From Nannocystales bacterium (GTDB taxonomy: Bacteria; Myxococcota_A; Polyangia; Nannocystales; Nannocystaceae), in NCBI GenBank assembly GCA_050633305.1, contig JBOEGF010000010.1, positions 96,001 to 160,000 of the forward strand: a stretch of DNA of 64,000 nt. Reading direction: 5' to 3'. Within the stretch, counting starts at the first letter, position 1. Each line of letters starts with the position of its first letter. This document shows positions 49,986-58,653 of the stretch, piece by piece. A model generated the notes under the pieces. That model searched no databases. It saw nothing but the letters and a program-made list of their open reading frames with translations, and was not told the DNA's origin. The position numbers and the translations under genes are program-made.

Positions 49986-50903
49986 TCAGTTACACACGAA
50001 CGGGAATGTGCTTCCCAGATATCCGGCCGTCACGTCGATGCGAAGCGCGTCGGGGGTCGCTCCTACGAGTGCTCCGGGTCCGGGGACGCAGGTCAGCGTG
50101 GGATGACTCGCGGTGACCTCGACTTCGCCGACATCGACGTTGAGCCAACCGGCGAACCCGACTTGGGTCGTTTCGGTCAGCATGGGGTCGATGCCCTTCG
50201 GGGTGAGGTAGCCGAGCGCCCCCGAGGGAGGCGTCATGGTGAACGACACGCCTTCGACCAGCGAACCGTCACCATCGGAGACCGCGAGTGCGAGGTGCCC
50301 CAAGCCGTCGTCGATTTCCTCGCCCAGCGAGACGGCGAGAACGGCCGCGGCCAGCGTGGAGAGTAGGTTGTAGTTGAGGAGCTGGTCCTCCATCGGACCT
50401 TCGCCCCAGAACAACGAAGGGAAGCGGCTGGGCCCGGTGAACTCGATTGCGCCCTCCGCAACAGGCACGTTCATCAGGGTGTAGCCGCCCAGGGCGTCGG
50501 TGGTCGCGCAGGGGATGCCTTTCTGCCCGAAGACACAAACGCTCATGCCCGCGAGGGGGTCGGGAGTTCCGAAGTCGGTGACGGTTCCGGAGAGAGTCAC
50601 GGTGGGGACGGAGCCGGTCGACGAGCTGTCTCCGCTGCCATCCGAGTCGTCGCTCCCGCTGGTCGTGTCGCCAGTCGAACTGCCAGTGTCGGAACCGCTG
50701 CTGCTGCTCGTGTCGTCGACTGACGAAGTGGACCCGCTGCTGGACGTCGAGGACGTGCTCGGCGTGGGGCCGGAGTCCTCGGTGGTGCTGCTGGTTGCGG
50801 CGGAGCCGGTCGAGCCGTCGGCTTCGGACGTGTCATCCCCACATCCTGCCAGCGCCATCGCGGTCGCAAGAATCATCGCTCGTGATTGCACTTCAAGTTT
50901 CAT
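49986..50903 (-). CDS. Lipoprotein with carboxypeptidase-regulatory-like beta-sandwich
   Basis: LAGC lipobox; long S/T linker; LSGTVTD...PLAG.SV...TTD..G.YTL.NVP. Confidence 0.72.
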   Translation of the reverse strand: MKLEVQSRAMILATAMALAGCGDDTSEADGSTGSAATSSTTEDSGPTPSTSSTSSSGSTSSVDDTSSSSGSDTGSSTGDTTSGSDDSDGSGDSSSTGSVPTVTLSGTVTDFGTPDPLAGMSVCVFGQKGIPCATTDALGGYTLMNVPVAEGAIEFTGPSRFPSLFWGEGPMEDQLLNYNLLSTLAAAVLAVSLGEEIDDGLGHLALAVSDGDGSLVEGVSFTMTPPSGALGYLTPKGIDPMLTETTQVGFAGWLNVDVGEVEVTASHPTLTCVPGPGALVGATPDALRIDVTAGYLGSTFPFVCN

Positions 50904-51246
50904 GTCAGCCCTGCATGCGCCGTCTCCGACGCTCGGGGGCGACTCTTTCCTCAGGTCATGGCGATGTCAACTCGTGCCCGACTCTGGGTTGGCCCGAAGC
51001 GCGCGCGTTCGAGGATTCCGGTGCGCTGCGTTACTGGAGGAACCGGGGCCTACTGAACTCGGCGACCGGCCCGTGACCCGCACGCTTGGGGTTGTTGGCG
51101 GACGATCCGAGGAGAGAAACACGGGAACGTCCCTGCAATCGATCGGTCGACCGTTCAGGTCGTTGGCGTGAGAGAGACGCTGCCGCGCCAACGCTCACCC
51201 GCAATCCGTGAAGACCGGATGTGGGGGGGAGCGCGGCCGAGGAGGA

Positions 51247-52464
51247 CTATTTGGTGACCGTCTGGATCGACAGCAGGACCGACCATGCGAAGTCGCCATC
51301 GACCTCACAAACGACCTCGTGCAGACCGCCAAACGCATCGTCCGGGAGGTTGACCGTGCATGTGCCGACGAGCTGGTCGACCAACACGTCCGAGTCACGC
51401 ATGCGGAAGGTCAGCGGCTCCTGCAGGGTGGGCGTGAGGACGGCCGAGGTGACGGTCTCGTTCCACACCGGGTCGAGCGTGTTGTCGGGGAACATCGATT
51501 CGAAGTCGAGTTCGGCGATGTCGAGGTAGGGGTCGGGTGCGCCGCCAAAGGCATCCCACGTTCCGCCACCGGGTTGCATGGCCACGATCTCGCCATCGAG
51601 GAGGGTGACCTGCCACTGCACGCCGGGGTTGGGTGCGCAGTCCACCCCGTCGCAGGACTGTCCGTCGCTGCAGACCTCACAGGTTTCCTGGAAGCCGCAT
51701 TCGGTATCGTCGAACCCGTCGTAGCACGTGTCGCCGATGCAACACCCATCGCAGGTCTCGAGGCAGCCGGGGGAGCTGCACACACCAAAGTCGCAGTTTT
51801 GGTCGCCGACGCACGCCTCGCAGTCGAAGCCGAGGTACCCGCACGCGGTCGCATCTTGGTCCTCATCGTCGATGCACTCGCCGTCGGCGGTGCAGCAGCC
51901 GAAGCATGTGTCCTCGCAGGGAAGTTCGCAGACGCCTGCGGTGCACGTGGCTTCGCTGTCACACTCGGTGCATTCCGAACCATCCGCGCCGCATTGGGCA
52001 TCGGTCGGCTGCTCGACGCAGTCGTCGCCAGCGCAGCACCCGTCGCAGTTGTCCGGTCCGCATTCAGGCGGTGCCTCGCACAGACCCTCGGCGCACTGGG
52101 ATGCGCCTTCGCAGACCACGCATGGGGAGCCGCCGCGGCCGCACGACTCGTCGAACTCGCCGGCTTCGCAGATCCCCGCCGCGTTGATGCATCCTAGGCA
52201 GCCCTCGTCGGAGTCGGAGGGGTCGAGCGTCGGATCGGACGCCGTAGGCGATGTGTTGGAAGACTGTGTCGCGGTGGTCGGGACCGCACTTGTGACTCCC
52301 GCGGTGGTCGGGCCGGTCGTGGTGTCGTCGCTGTCCTCACCCGTACTTGCTCCGGCCGAAGCCGTGCCTGTGGGGGAGGCGCTGTCCGTCGCTTCACCGC
52401 CTGTGCATCCCCCTGCGAGGATCGCGCAAAACACCCAGGTCGCTTCAAATCGTCGCTGCCCCAC
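51247..52464 (-). CDS. Cys-rich repeat lipoprotein with C-terminal C2-like domain
   Basis: AGGC lipobox; C.GCC...C...CG..G..C..C repeats; PDPY, NTLDPVWNE, D.D...D..VG. Confidence 0.75.
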   Translation of the reverse strand: MGQRRFEATWVFCAILAGGCTGGEATDSASPTGTASAGASTGEDSDDTTTGPTTAGVTSAVPTTATQSSNTSPTASDPTLDPSDSDEGCLGCINAAGICEAGEFDESCGRGGSPCVVCEGASQCAEGLCEAPPECGPDNCDGCCAGDDCVEQPTDAQCGADGSECTECDSEATCTAGVCELPCEDTCFGCCTADGECIDDEDQDATACGYLGFDCEACVGDQNCDFGVCSSPGCLETCDGCCIGDTCYDGFDDTECGFQETCEVCSDGQSCDGVDCAPNPGVQWQVTLLDGEIVAMQPGGGTWDAFGGAPDPYLDIAELDFESMFPDNTLDPVWNETVTSAVLTPTLQEPLTFRMRDSDVLVDQLVGTCTVNLPDDAFGGLHEVVCEVDGDFAWSVLLSIQTVTK

Positions 52465-52618
52465 CGCCGAGTGACACTGACATGGCCGGCCGTGTCTTGT
52501 CGAACACCCGTCCTGGTCGCAGGAGATAACCAGTTTTGTTTCATGGGTTTACGGGCGCCTCCGAAAAAAGATGGGCTCGGTCGCGGACAGTTTTGGCACT
52601 CGGGTTACCTGGGGGACG

Positions 52619-54301
52619 ATGACGGACGGGAAGATGTGGGCGCCGCTGGCCGGACTTGCTCTGGTGGCTGGCTGCTACTCCGGTGTTGAAGTCGGGGTGA
52701 CCGCGGGCGCGGATTCCGAGTCGGCTGGACCTTCGGCGTCCGGCAACGCAGATGACTCGGACGGGTCCGGTGAATCTGGTGGGGACGCAGAGGTCCCCGA
52801 GCTTCCTCAGCTGGTCGCCCACTCGGGCATGCGCCGGCTGACACGGGTGGAGTACGTCGAGACGGTCCAAGACCTGACCGGGGTGGCGTTGGCGAGCGGA
52901 GCCTCTTCGCTTCCCTCCGACGACCTGGTGCCCTTCGACAACGACTACACAACCCAGGCCGAGTCTGCATCGCTCATTGTGGCCGCTGAGTCGTTGGCCG
53001 GTGAGGCGGCCCAAGGCCTTCTCGACGATCCTCAGCTTTGGGGTGCTGTGGTGCCGTGTGAGGCGTCGGCCGTGGACGCTGATTGCTTCGACACCTTTGT
53101 CCGATCGTTTGGCCGTCGGGCGCTTCGACGGCCGGTGACGGACGAAGAGGTGACGCGCTGGGGCACCTGGATGATGGACGAGGCCGAGGTTGCAGGGGAC
53201 TCCAGCATGGCCATCGCCATCGCGGTCAGAATGTTCCTGCAGCACCCCGAGTTCCTCTATCGCATCGACGCGGGGGAGCCCACGGAGGACCCCGACGTGG
53301 TCCGGCTCGACGATTGGGCGGTGGCCTCGCGGTTGTCGTTCCTGTTGTGGGGGGTCGGTCCTGACGATGCCCTGCTCGATGCGGCTGCGGCGGGTCGGCT
53401 CGGCACGCCCAGCGACATCGAGACCGAAGCGATCCGGATGCTCGCAGACGAGCGCGCAAAACAGCGTGTCCAGCGTTTTCACGCGATGTGGATGGGCTAC
53501 GAGGTCATGGCGATCGGCGGCGACCTCGGTGACTCCATGCGTGCGGAGACGGCGGCGCTGATCAACCGCGTCGTCTTCGACGAAGAGGTGGTCTGGCAGG
53601 ACCTCTTCCGCAGCGAAGAGACGTTTGTGGATGATGCCCTTGCTCAGCACTACGGGATCGAAGCTCCGGCGAACACCGCGGGAGACTGGGTGAACTACGG
53701 CGAGAGCGGACGGACCGGGATTCTCTCCCACGGCACCTTCCTCTCCAACGGGTTCAAGGATGGCGACACAAGCCCGATCGTTCGCGGCCATGTCGTCAGC
53801 TCCATGCTTCTGTGCTTGGAGGTCCCCGAGCCTCCCGCCGATGTGCCACCGCCCCCCGAACCGGTTGAGGGCGCCTGCAAGATCGACGAAGCGGCGGCTC
53901 ACCTGACCCAAGCCAGCTGTGCCGGCTGCCACGCGATGCTCGACACGCTCGGCTTCGGTCTCGAGAACTACGACGAGTTTGGGCAATGGCGTCCAACGGA
54001 CCCGGGCAAACCCGAGTGCGAGATCGAGGGCGATGGGGAGGTGCCTGGACTTGGGAAGTTCAACGGGCCTGGAGAGCTTGGGATCTTGCTCTCAGACAGC
54101 AAGTTGCTCAACCAATGCCTCGCAGAGCAGGCCTATCGCTTTGCCGTCGGTCGTACCGAACTCGACGCCGTCGACAACGGAATTATCGAGCGCACCATGG
54201 AGGAACTCGGGGAAGGTGACTTCGAGTTCAAGGAACTCCTCCTTCAGCATGTCACCGACCCCTCTTTCGGATTTGCTCGCCAGCACACGGAGAACGACTG
54301 A
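52619..54301 (+). CDS. DUF1592/DUF1588-type cytochrome c lipoprotein (second copy)
   Basis: GCYSG lipobox; RRLTR.EY, RALRRP, PEFLYR, ASRLSF.LW, SPI.RG, CAGCH..LD.LGF.LENYD. Confidence 0.9.
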   Translation: MTDGKMWAPLAGLALVAGCYSGVEVGVTAGADSESAGPSASGNADDSDGSGESGGDAEVPELPQLVAHSGMRRLTRVEYVETVQDLTGVALASGASSLPSDDLVPFDNDYTTQAESASLIVAAESLAGEAAQGLLDDPQLWGAVVPCEASAVDADCFDTFVRSFGRRALRRPVTDEEVTRWGTWMMDEAEVAGDSSMAIAIAVRMFLQHPEFLYRIDAGEPTEDPDVVRLDDWAVASRLSFLLWGVGPDDALLDAAAAGRLGTPSDIETEAIRMLADERAKQRVQRFHAMWMGYEVMAIGGDLGDSMRAETAALINRVVFDEEVVWQDLFRSEETFVDDALAQHYGIEAPANTAGDWVNYGESGRTGILSHGTFLSNGFKDGDTSPIVRGHVVSSMLLCLEVPEPPADVPPPPEPVEGACKIDEAAAHLTQASCAGCHAMLDTLGFGLENYDEFGQWRPTDPGKPECEIEGDGEVPGLGKFNGPGELGILLSDSKLLNQCLAEQAYRFAVGRTELDAVDNGIIERTMEELGEGDFEFKELLLQHVTDPSFGFARQHTEND

Positions 54302-55755
54302 TGTCCCGACGCCTCTCTCGACGAAGTTTTCTGGCCGGTACCGGCGGCGCTGCGCTCTGCCTCCCGGTGCTCGAATCGATGTTGCCGCGCTCCGCTGTTG
54401 CGGGTGGGGGGGGCACCCCAACGCGCTATGTCTTCTGCTACGCAGGAACTTCGAGCGGTCGATACAACACCCCGAACGAGGGCGAGATCCTCGTTCCCAG
54501 CTCGCACGGCGACCTCGAAACGGTGGGTGCGTCGATGCACTCCCTACAGCCGCTGTTCAACGAAGGCGTTGGACAGGACGTCTCGTTGGTGTCGAACCTC
54601 ATGATCCCGTGGGGCAGCGGAACCCTGGCACCTGGCGGACGGCTCACCGAGCTCGACTTCCACTTCGGCCCGACGGTGACGCCTCAGCTCTCCGGCATGA
54701 AGGCGATCGTCAAGGCGAGGATGGACGGGGCCAGCTCCGACCAGCTGATGGTGCAGTCGATGGCACCCGATACCGTCGTGCCCTCGCTCAGCCAGCGGGT
54801 CCAGCCGATCGACTACATGGGAGGAAACGGCGGCTCCGCCGGCCGGATCTCGTTCCGCGACGACGGTGGCTCGATCACGCCGATCGACCCGTTTGTATCC
54901 CCGCGCGAGACCTTCAACTACCTCAACTCGGTCTTCTTGCCGCCGGACGCATCACCCGAGATGCTGGCCGCGATCGAACGGCGCGCGAGCGTACTCGATG
55001 AGGTCGGTGGAGCCGCGCAGGCGCTGATGGCACGACTCGGAAGCTCCGACCGAGAGCGGTTGCAGCGTCACCTTCACGAGGTCGAACTCCTCGAGAGTCA
55101 GCTTCGCAGTGGCGCGGGGGATATCTCCGGCGCCTGCCTGGGCCCGATGGATCCTGGTGAGGATCCTGCCCTCGGCGGTCAGGTCGCTGGCGTCGACCAG
55201 ATCGACGGAAGCCTCGGGTGGAGCGACGAAGACACTCGCGCGATGCGGCAGATGGAGTTGATCCGGATGGCGTTTAGCTGCGACGTCACGCGTTTTGCCT
55301 CCCTACAGATGACAAACTGGAAGTCGTGGATGGGCGCGTCCAACATCGGCGCGGGTTGGGACATCGACATCCACGAGATCGGACACACCGGTGCGATGCC
55401 GAAAGAGGCGATGGGGGACGTTGTCGGCTGGCACGTCGGTCAGTTTGCGAAGTTGGTCCGCATGCTCAAGGAAACGCCGGAGTGGGACGGGAGCTCGCTG
55501 CTCGACAACACTGCGCTCGTGCTGTGCTTTGAGGGCGGACACGGAGAAGACCCGATCGATGGTGGGTACAGCACGCACTCTACCCAGAACATGTCGGTGC
55601 TCGTTGCCGGAAACGTGGGTGGCCTCGTCGCGGGACAACACATCGATGGCCAAGGCAGCCACCCCGCGGAGGTGACACTCACGGCGATGCGAGCTGCAGG
55701 GTACGGCGGAGACTTCGGAGACTTCTCGTCCGAACTCGCCGGCCTGCGCGGCTGA
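54301..55755 (+). CDS. DUF1552 family Tat-exported protein (second copy)
   Basis: SRRSFLAG...L.LP.LESM; LG..DR.RL..H; AF.CD.TR; SLLDNT. Confidence 0.88.
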   Translation: MSRRLSRRSFLAGTGGAALCLPVLESMLPRSAVAGGGGTPTRYVFCYAGTSSGRYNTPNEGEILVPSSHGDLETVGASMHSLQPLFNEGVGQDVSLVSNLMIPWGSGTLAPGGRLTELDFHFGPTVTPQLSGMKAIVKARMDGASSDQLMVQSMAPDTVVPSLSQRVQPIDYMGGNGGSAGRISFRDDGGSITPIDPFVSPRETFNYLNSVFLPPDASPEMLAAIERRASVLDEVGGAAQALMARLGSSDRERLQRHLHEVELLESQLRSGAGDISGACLGPMDPGEDPALGGQVAGVDQIDGSLGWSDEDTRAMRQMELIRMAFSCDVTRFASLQMTNWKSWMGASNIGAGWDIDIHEIGHTGAMPKEAMGDVVGWHVGQFAKLVRMLKETPEWDGSSLLDNTALVLCFEGGHGEDPIDGGYSTHSTQNMSVLVAGNVGGLVAGQHIDGQGSHPAEVTLTAMRAAGYGGDFGDFSSELAGLRG

Positions 55756-55757
55756 CC

Positions 55758-57248
55758 TCAACCCTTACGTCGCGAGGGCGGCAGCAGGTTTTCGAGTGCC
55801 GAGTCAGGTTTCTGGCTCGGCTTTTTCTTGGCCTTACGTCGACGAGATTTTTTCTTGGCACGAGTTGCTGGCGCCGGGGAGAGGTCGATCATCTGCGGGG
55901 TTTGATCGGGCCGGGGCGGGGGCTGGGACTGGGGCTGGGGCTGGGGCTCGGGCGCGGGTTCCACGACGGGCTCAGGTTCCGCGACGGGTGCGGGGCCAGG
56001 AGAGTCCGGAGTGATCACCGCTGCAGGCTGTTGCGAGGGGGCGGGGCTGGGGGATGTGGTGGCTTGGCTTGCCCACGGGTTTGCAAGTGCAACGCCGCCG
56101 ACCGCGACGAGTCCCAGCACAACGCCGGCCAACCATGGGCGCTTCGGCGACGGATGGGTCGGGGATTCGAGTTCGGGGACAGAAGCTGGGGCGGCCTCGA
56201 CCCCTCCGGACAGCATGAACGCGGTGCCGCCGGACTCCCGCATGGATGTACCCGAAACGGGGGACTGCGGAGCCCAACTCGAGGGGTCGTCGAGTTCGAG
56301 ATCCAACGTTGCGAGATAGTCGGCGAGAACCGCGTCCGAGGTTCGGATCCGGTGATCGAGCGCGAAGTCTTCGAGCGCAAGCTGAAGGTCGCGGGCCGAA
56401 TCGTAGCGCGCCGCGGGGTCGGCCTCGAGCGTCTTCTCGATGATCGCCGCAAGCCCAGCCGGGAAGTTGGGGTCGCGACGCGTCGGCTTGACGTACTGGG
56501 CGCGCTGGGTGGCGTTGAGCACCGCGAACACGCTGTCGCCGTAGAAACAGCGCCGTCCAGTCGTCATCTCATACAGCAAGATACCGATGCAGAAGACGTC
56601 GCTACGCCGATCTAGAGCCTCGCACCGGACCTGCTCGGGTGACATGTAGCCGGGCTTCCCGACCAGCATGCTGGAGTTCGTTCCCGTGCCGTCGGAGGCG
56701 AATCCCTTTGCGATGCCGAAGTCGGTCAGCTTGATCGCGCCGTCGAGGCTGACCAGAACGTTGGTCGCCGAAACATCGCGATGAACGAGTTCGAGCGGCT
56801 GCCCCTCTGGGCTGCGCTTCTCGTGGGCGTAATGAAGGGCGGCGCAGACCCGGGTTCCCGCCGAGAGCGCGCACTCGAGTGGGAGCTTGTTGTCGACACT
56901 CTTCCGAATCAGTCCGCGCAGGTCGACACCATGCACGTACTCCATTACGATGAAGTGCTCCTGGCCGTCCTGCCCGAAGTCGACCACCTGCGCGATGTTG
57001 GGGTGGTCGAGTGTGGCCGAAAGCTTGGCCTCGCGCATGAACATGCGCATGAAGTTGTCGTCGGTGGCGTACTTGGGCTTGATGCGCTTGAGCGCGAACT
57101 GCTTGGTGAAGCCCTTTGCTCCGGTGCGCTGCGCCAAGTAGAGCACCGCCATCCCTCCAGCGCCGATCTTTCGCAGGCACGTGTAGCGCCCCAGCTGGCG
57201 GCCGACCAGGTCTGGGGTGCTGTCGATCGGCTCGTGCTCGTCGGTCAT
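55758..57248 (-). CDS. Membrane Ser/Thr protein kinase
   Basis: GAGGMA, ALK, HRDVSATN, DFG, GKPGYMSPE; TM helix; Pro-rich, basic tail. Confidence 0.93.
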   Translation of the reverse strand: MTDEHEPIDSTPDLVGRQLGRYTCLRKIGAGGMAVLYLAQRTGAKGFTKQFALKRIKPKYATDDNFMRMFMREAKLSATLDHPNIAQVVDFGQDGQEHFIVMEYVHGVDLRGLIRKSVDNKLPLECALSAGTRVCAALHYAHEKRSPEGQPLELVHRDVSATNVLVSLDGAIKLTDFGIAKGFASDGTGTNSSMLVGKPGYMSPEQVRCEALDRRSDVFCIGILLYEMTTGRRCFYGDSVFAVLNATQRAQYVKPTRRDPNFPAGLAAIIEKTLEADPAARYDSARDLQLALEDFALDHRIRTSDAVLADYLATLDLELDDPSSWAPQSPVSGTSMRESGGTAFMLSGGVEAAPASVPELESPTHPSPKRPWLAGVVLGLVAVGGVALANPWASQATTSPSPAPSQQPAAVITPDSPGPAPVAEPEPVVEPAPEPQPQPQSQPPPRPDQTPQMIDLSPAPATRAKKKSRRRKAKKKPSQKPDSALENLLPPSRRKG

Positions 57249-57292
57249 CGCTGCGCGAAGGCCTCGCGAAGTGACCGTATCACGCCCCTGGG

Positions 57293-57952
57293 TCAGCGGC
57301 GCCGAAGGACGTGCCGGATCGTGGCACCCAGGAGGACCGCGGCCCCCGTCGCCGCCAACGCGATTCCGACCCCGCTGAGCGTGCCCGCGGTCTGCTCGCG
57401 CTCCAAGTACGTATCGAGCGTTGGGTCCCCGGCGTCACGACGAGCTCGAAGTCCCCACGCTCCACCGTAGGTTGCAGCGCCGCCCGCGACGAGTATGCCT
57501 CCACTGATCCAAAGCGCGAGACCGAGCCGGTCGGGACCCTGTGCCGCAGGGGCAGGTTCCGCGGGACCGGGTTCTGACTCCGCGGGCGGGTCGACGAGTA
57601 CAGGCGGGGGCGGCTCGACGGGTGGCAGCGGGACAGGCTCCGCCACGCCCAGCTCGTCGCGACATTCGCTGAGATTGCGGTCGACCTCGACCCGGTCTTC
57701 GTCGGGTGGGTCCGTCGCCAGGAAGGCCTCGTACAGAGGGACGGCGCTGGCGCAGTTGTTGGAGATGCGCTGGAGCTGAGCTTCGACGTACAGCAGGTCC
57801 GGATCGTCGTGTTGTACCCGAGCACTTCGGATGGTCTCGATTGCGGCTTCGAGGTCTCCTGAGGACGCCTGGGTGCGGGCGCGGTCGATCGCGTCGTCGA
57901 CGGGTCCGAGTGACGCGAGGGCCACTGCGATGCTGACGACGACTTCGAGCAC
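57293..57952 (-). CDS. Exported TPR-like protein with C-terminal hydrophobic hairpin
   Basis: Signal-like N-terminus; TPR helices (C..A...Y..FL); Pro linker; two Gly-rich hydrophobic segments. Confidence 0.72.
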   Translation of the reverse strand: MLEVVVSIAVALASLGPVDDAIDRARTQASSGDLEAAIETIRSARVQHDDPDLLYVEAQLQRISNNCASAVPLYEAFLATDPPDEDRVEVDRNLSECRDELGVAEPVPLPPVEPPPPVLVDPPAESEPGPAEPAPAAQGPDRLGLALWISGGILVAGGAATYGGAWGLRARRDAGDPTLDTYLEREQTAGTLSGVGIALAATGAAVLLGATIRHVLRRR

Positions 57953-57998
57953 GTGCGCCGGAGAATACCCCGCACAGCCAACAGGGCCCACTGAGGGC

Positions 57999-58607
57999 TC
58001 AATCTTTGCGAGTGAGAGAACGGAGCCAGCTGTCGACGTCGGCGGAGAGTCGCTCTCGTGTCGAGCCGGAGCTCGCGAACTCGTCGATGTGGCCTCGCAG
58101 GGCTTCTCGGGCCCGGGCGAGTCGGCCTCGAGCGGTGCTGGGGACGCATCCTAGGGCGTCCGCGAACTCCTGCGACTTGAGGTCTTCCCAGTAGAACAAG
58201 ACCAACGGTGTCTGCAGCTCCTCTGGGAGCGCGACCAATGCTTGAAGCAATACGCGCTGCTCATCCCGGCGGGAGACAATGGTGCTCATTCCAGTTCGCG
58301 ACGAGCCGCTCTCCGGTCCATCGAGGCGGCTCATCGCGTCGTCGTATCGGCGGCTTCGGAGGTGATTGAGCAGCACATTGCGTGCGATGCCGAACAGAAA
58401 TCCACGAAACGAACCGTCCCCGCGATATGCCGCGAGCGACGCCGCACACGCGGCGAAGGTTCGCTGCACCAGGTCCTCCGCGGCTTGTCCGGTGCGGTAC
58501 TCGAAGAACCGCAGGACGGGCTGGTAGTGCCGGCGAGCCAGCGTGTTTCCGGCACTCGCCGTCCCTTGTCGCCAGGCGGCGAACAGCTCTGCATCGGACC
58601 CTTCCAC
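57999..58607 (-). CDS. ECF RNA polymerase sigma factor
   Basis: D.ELF.AWR.G, AEDLVQ.TF, FRGFLFGIARN, L.YWE.L...E.A..LG....T...RL.RAR. Confidence 0.88.
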   Translation of the reverse strand: MEGSDAELFAAWRQGTASAGNTLARRHYQPVLRFFEYRTGQAAEDLVQRTFAACAASLAAYRGDGSFRGFLFGIARNVLLNHLRSRRYDDAMSRLDGPESGSSRTGMSTIVSRRDEQRVLLQALVALPEELQTPLVLFYWEDLKSQEFADALGCVPSTARGRLARAREALRGHIDEFASSGSTRERLSADVDSWLRSLTRKD

Positions 58608-58653
58608 CCGGGTTGGATGGTACTGTACTGACGTGGCGGACGGGGTCCTCGGG

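Noticed and set aside
52516..52596. Loose direct repeat GGTCGC..GGA...CAGTTTTG upstream of the second DUF1592 gene
   Set aside because: Spacing differs between the copies and no matching motif was found at the third sigma gene
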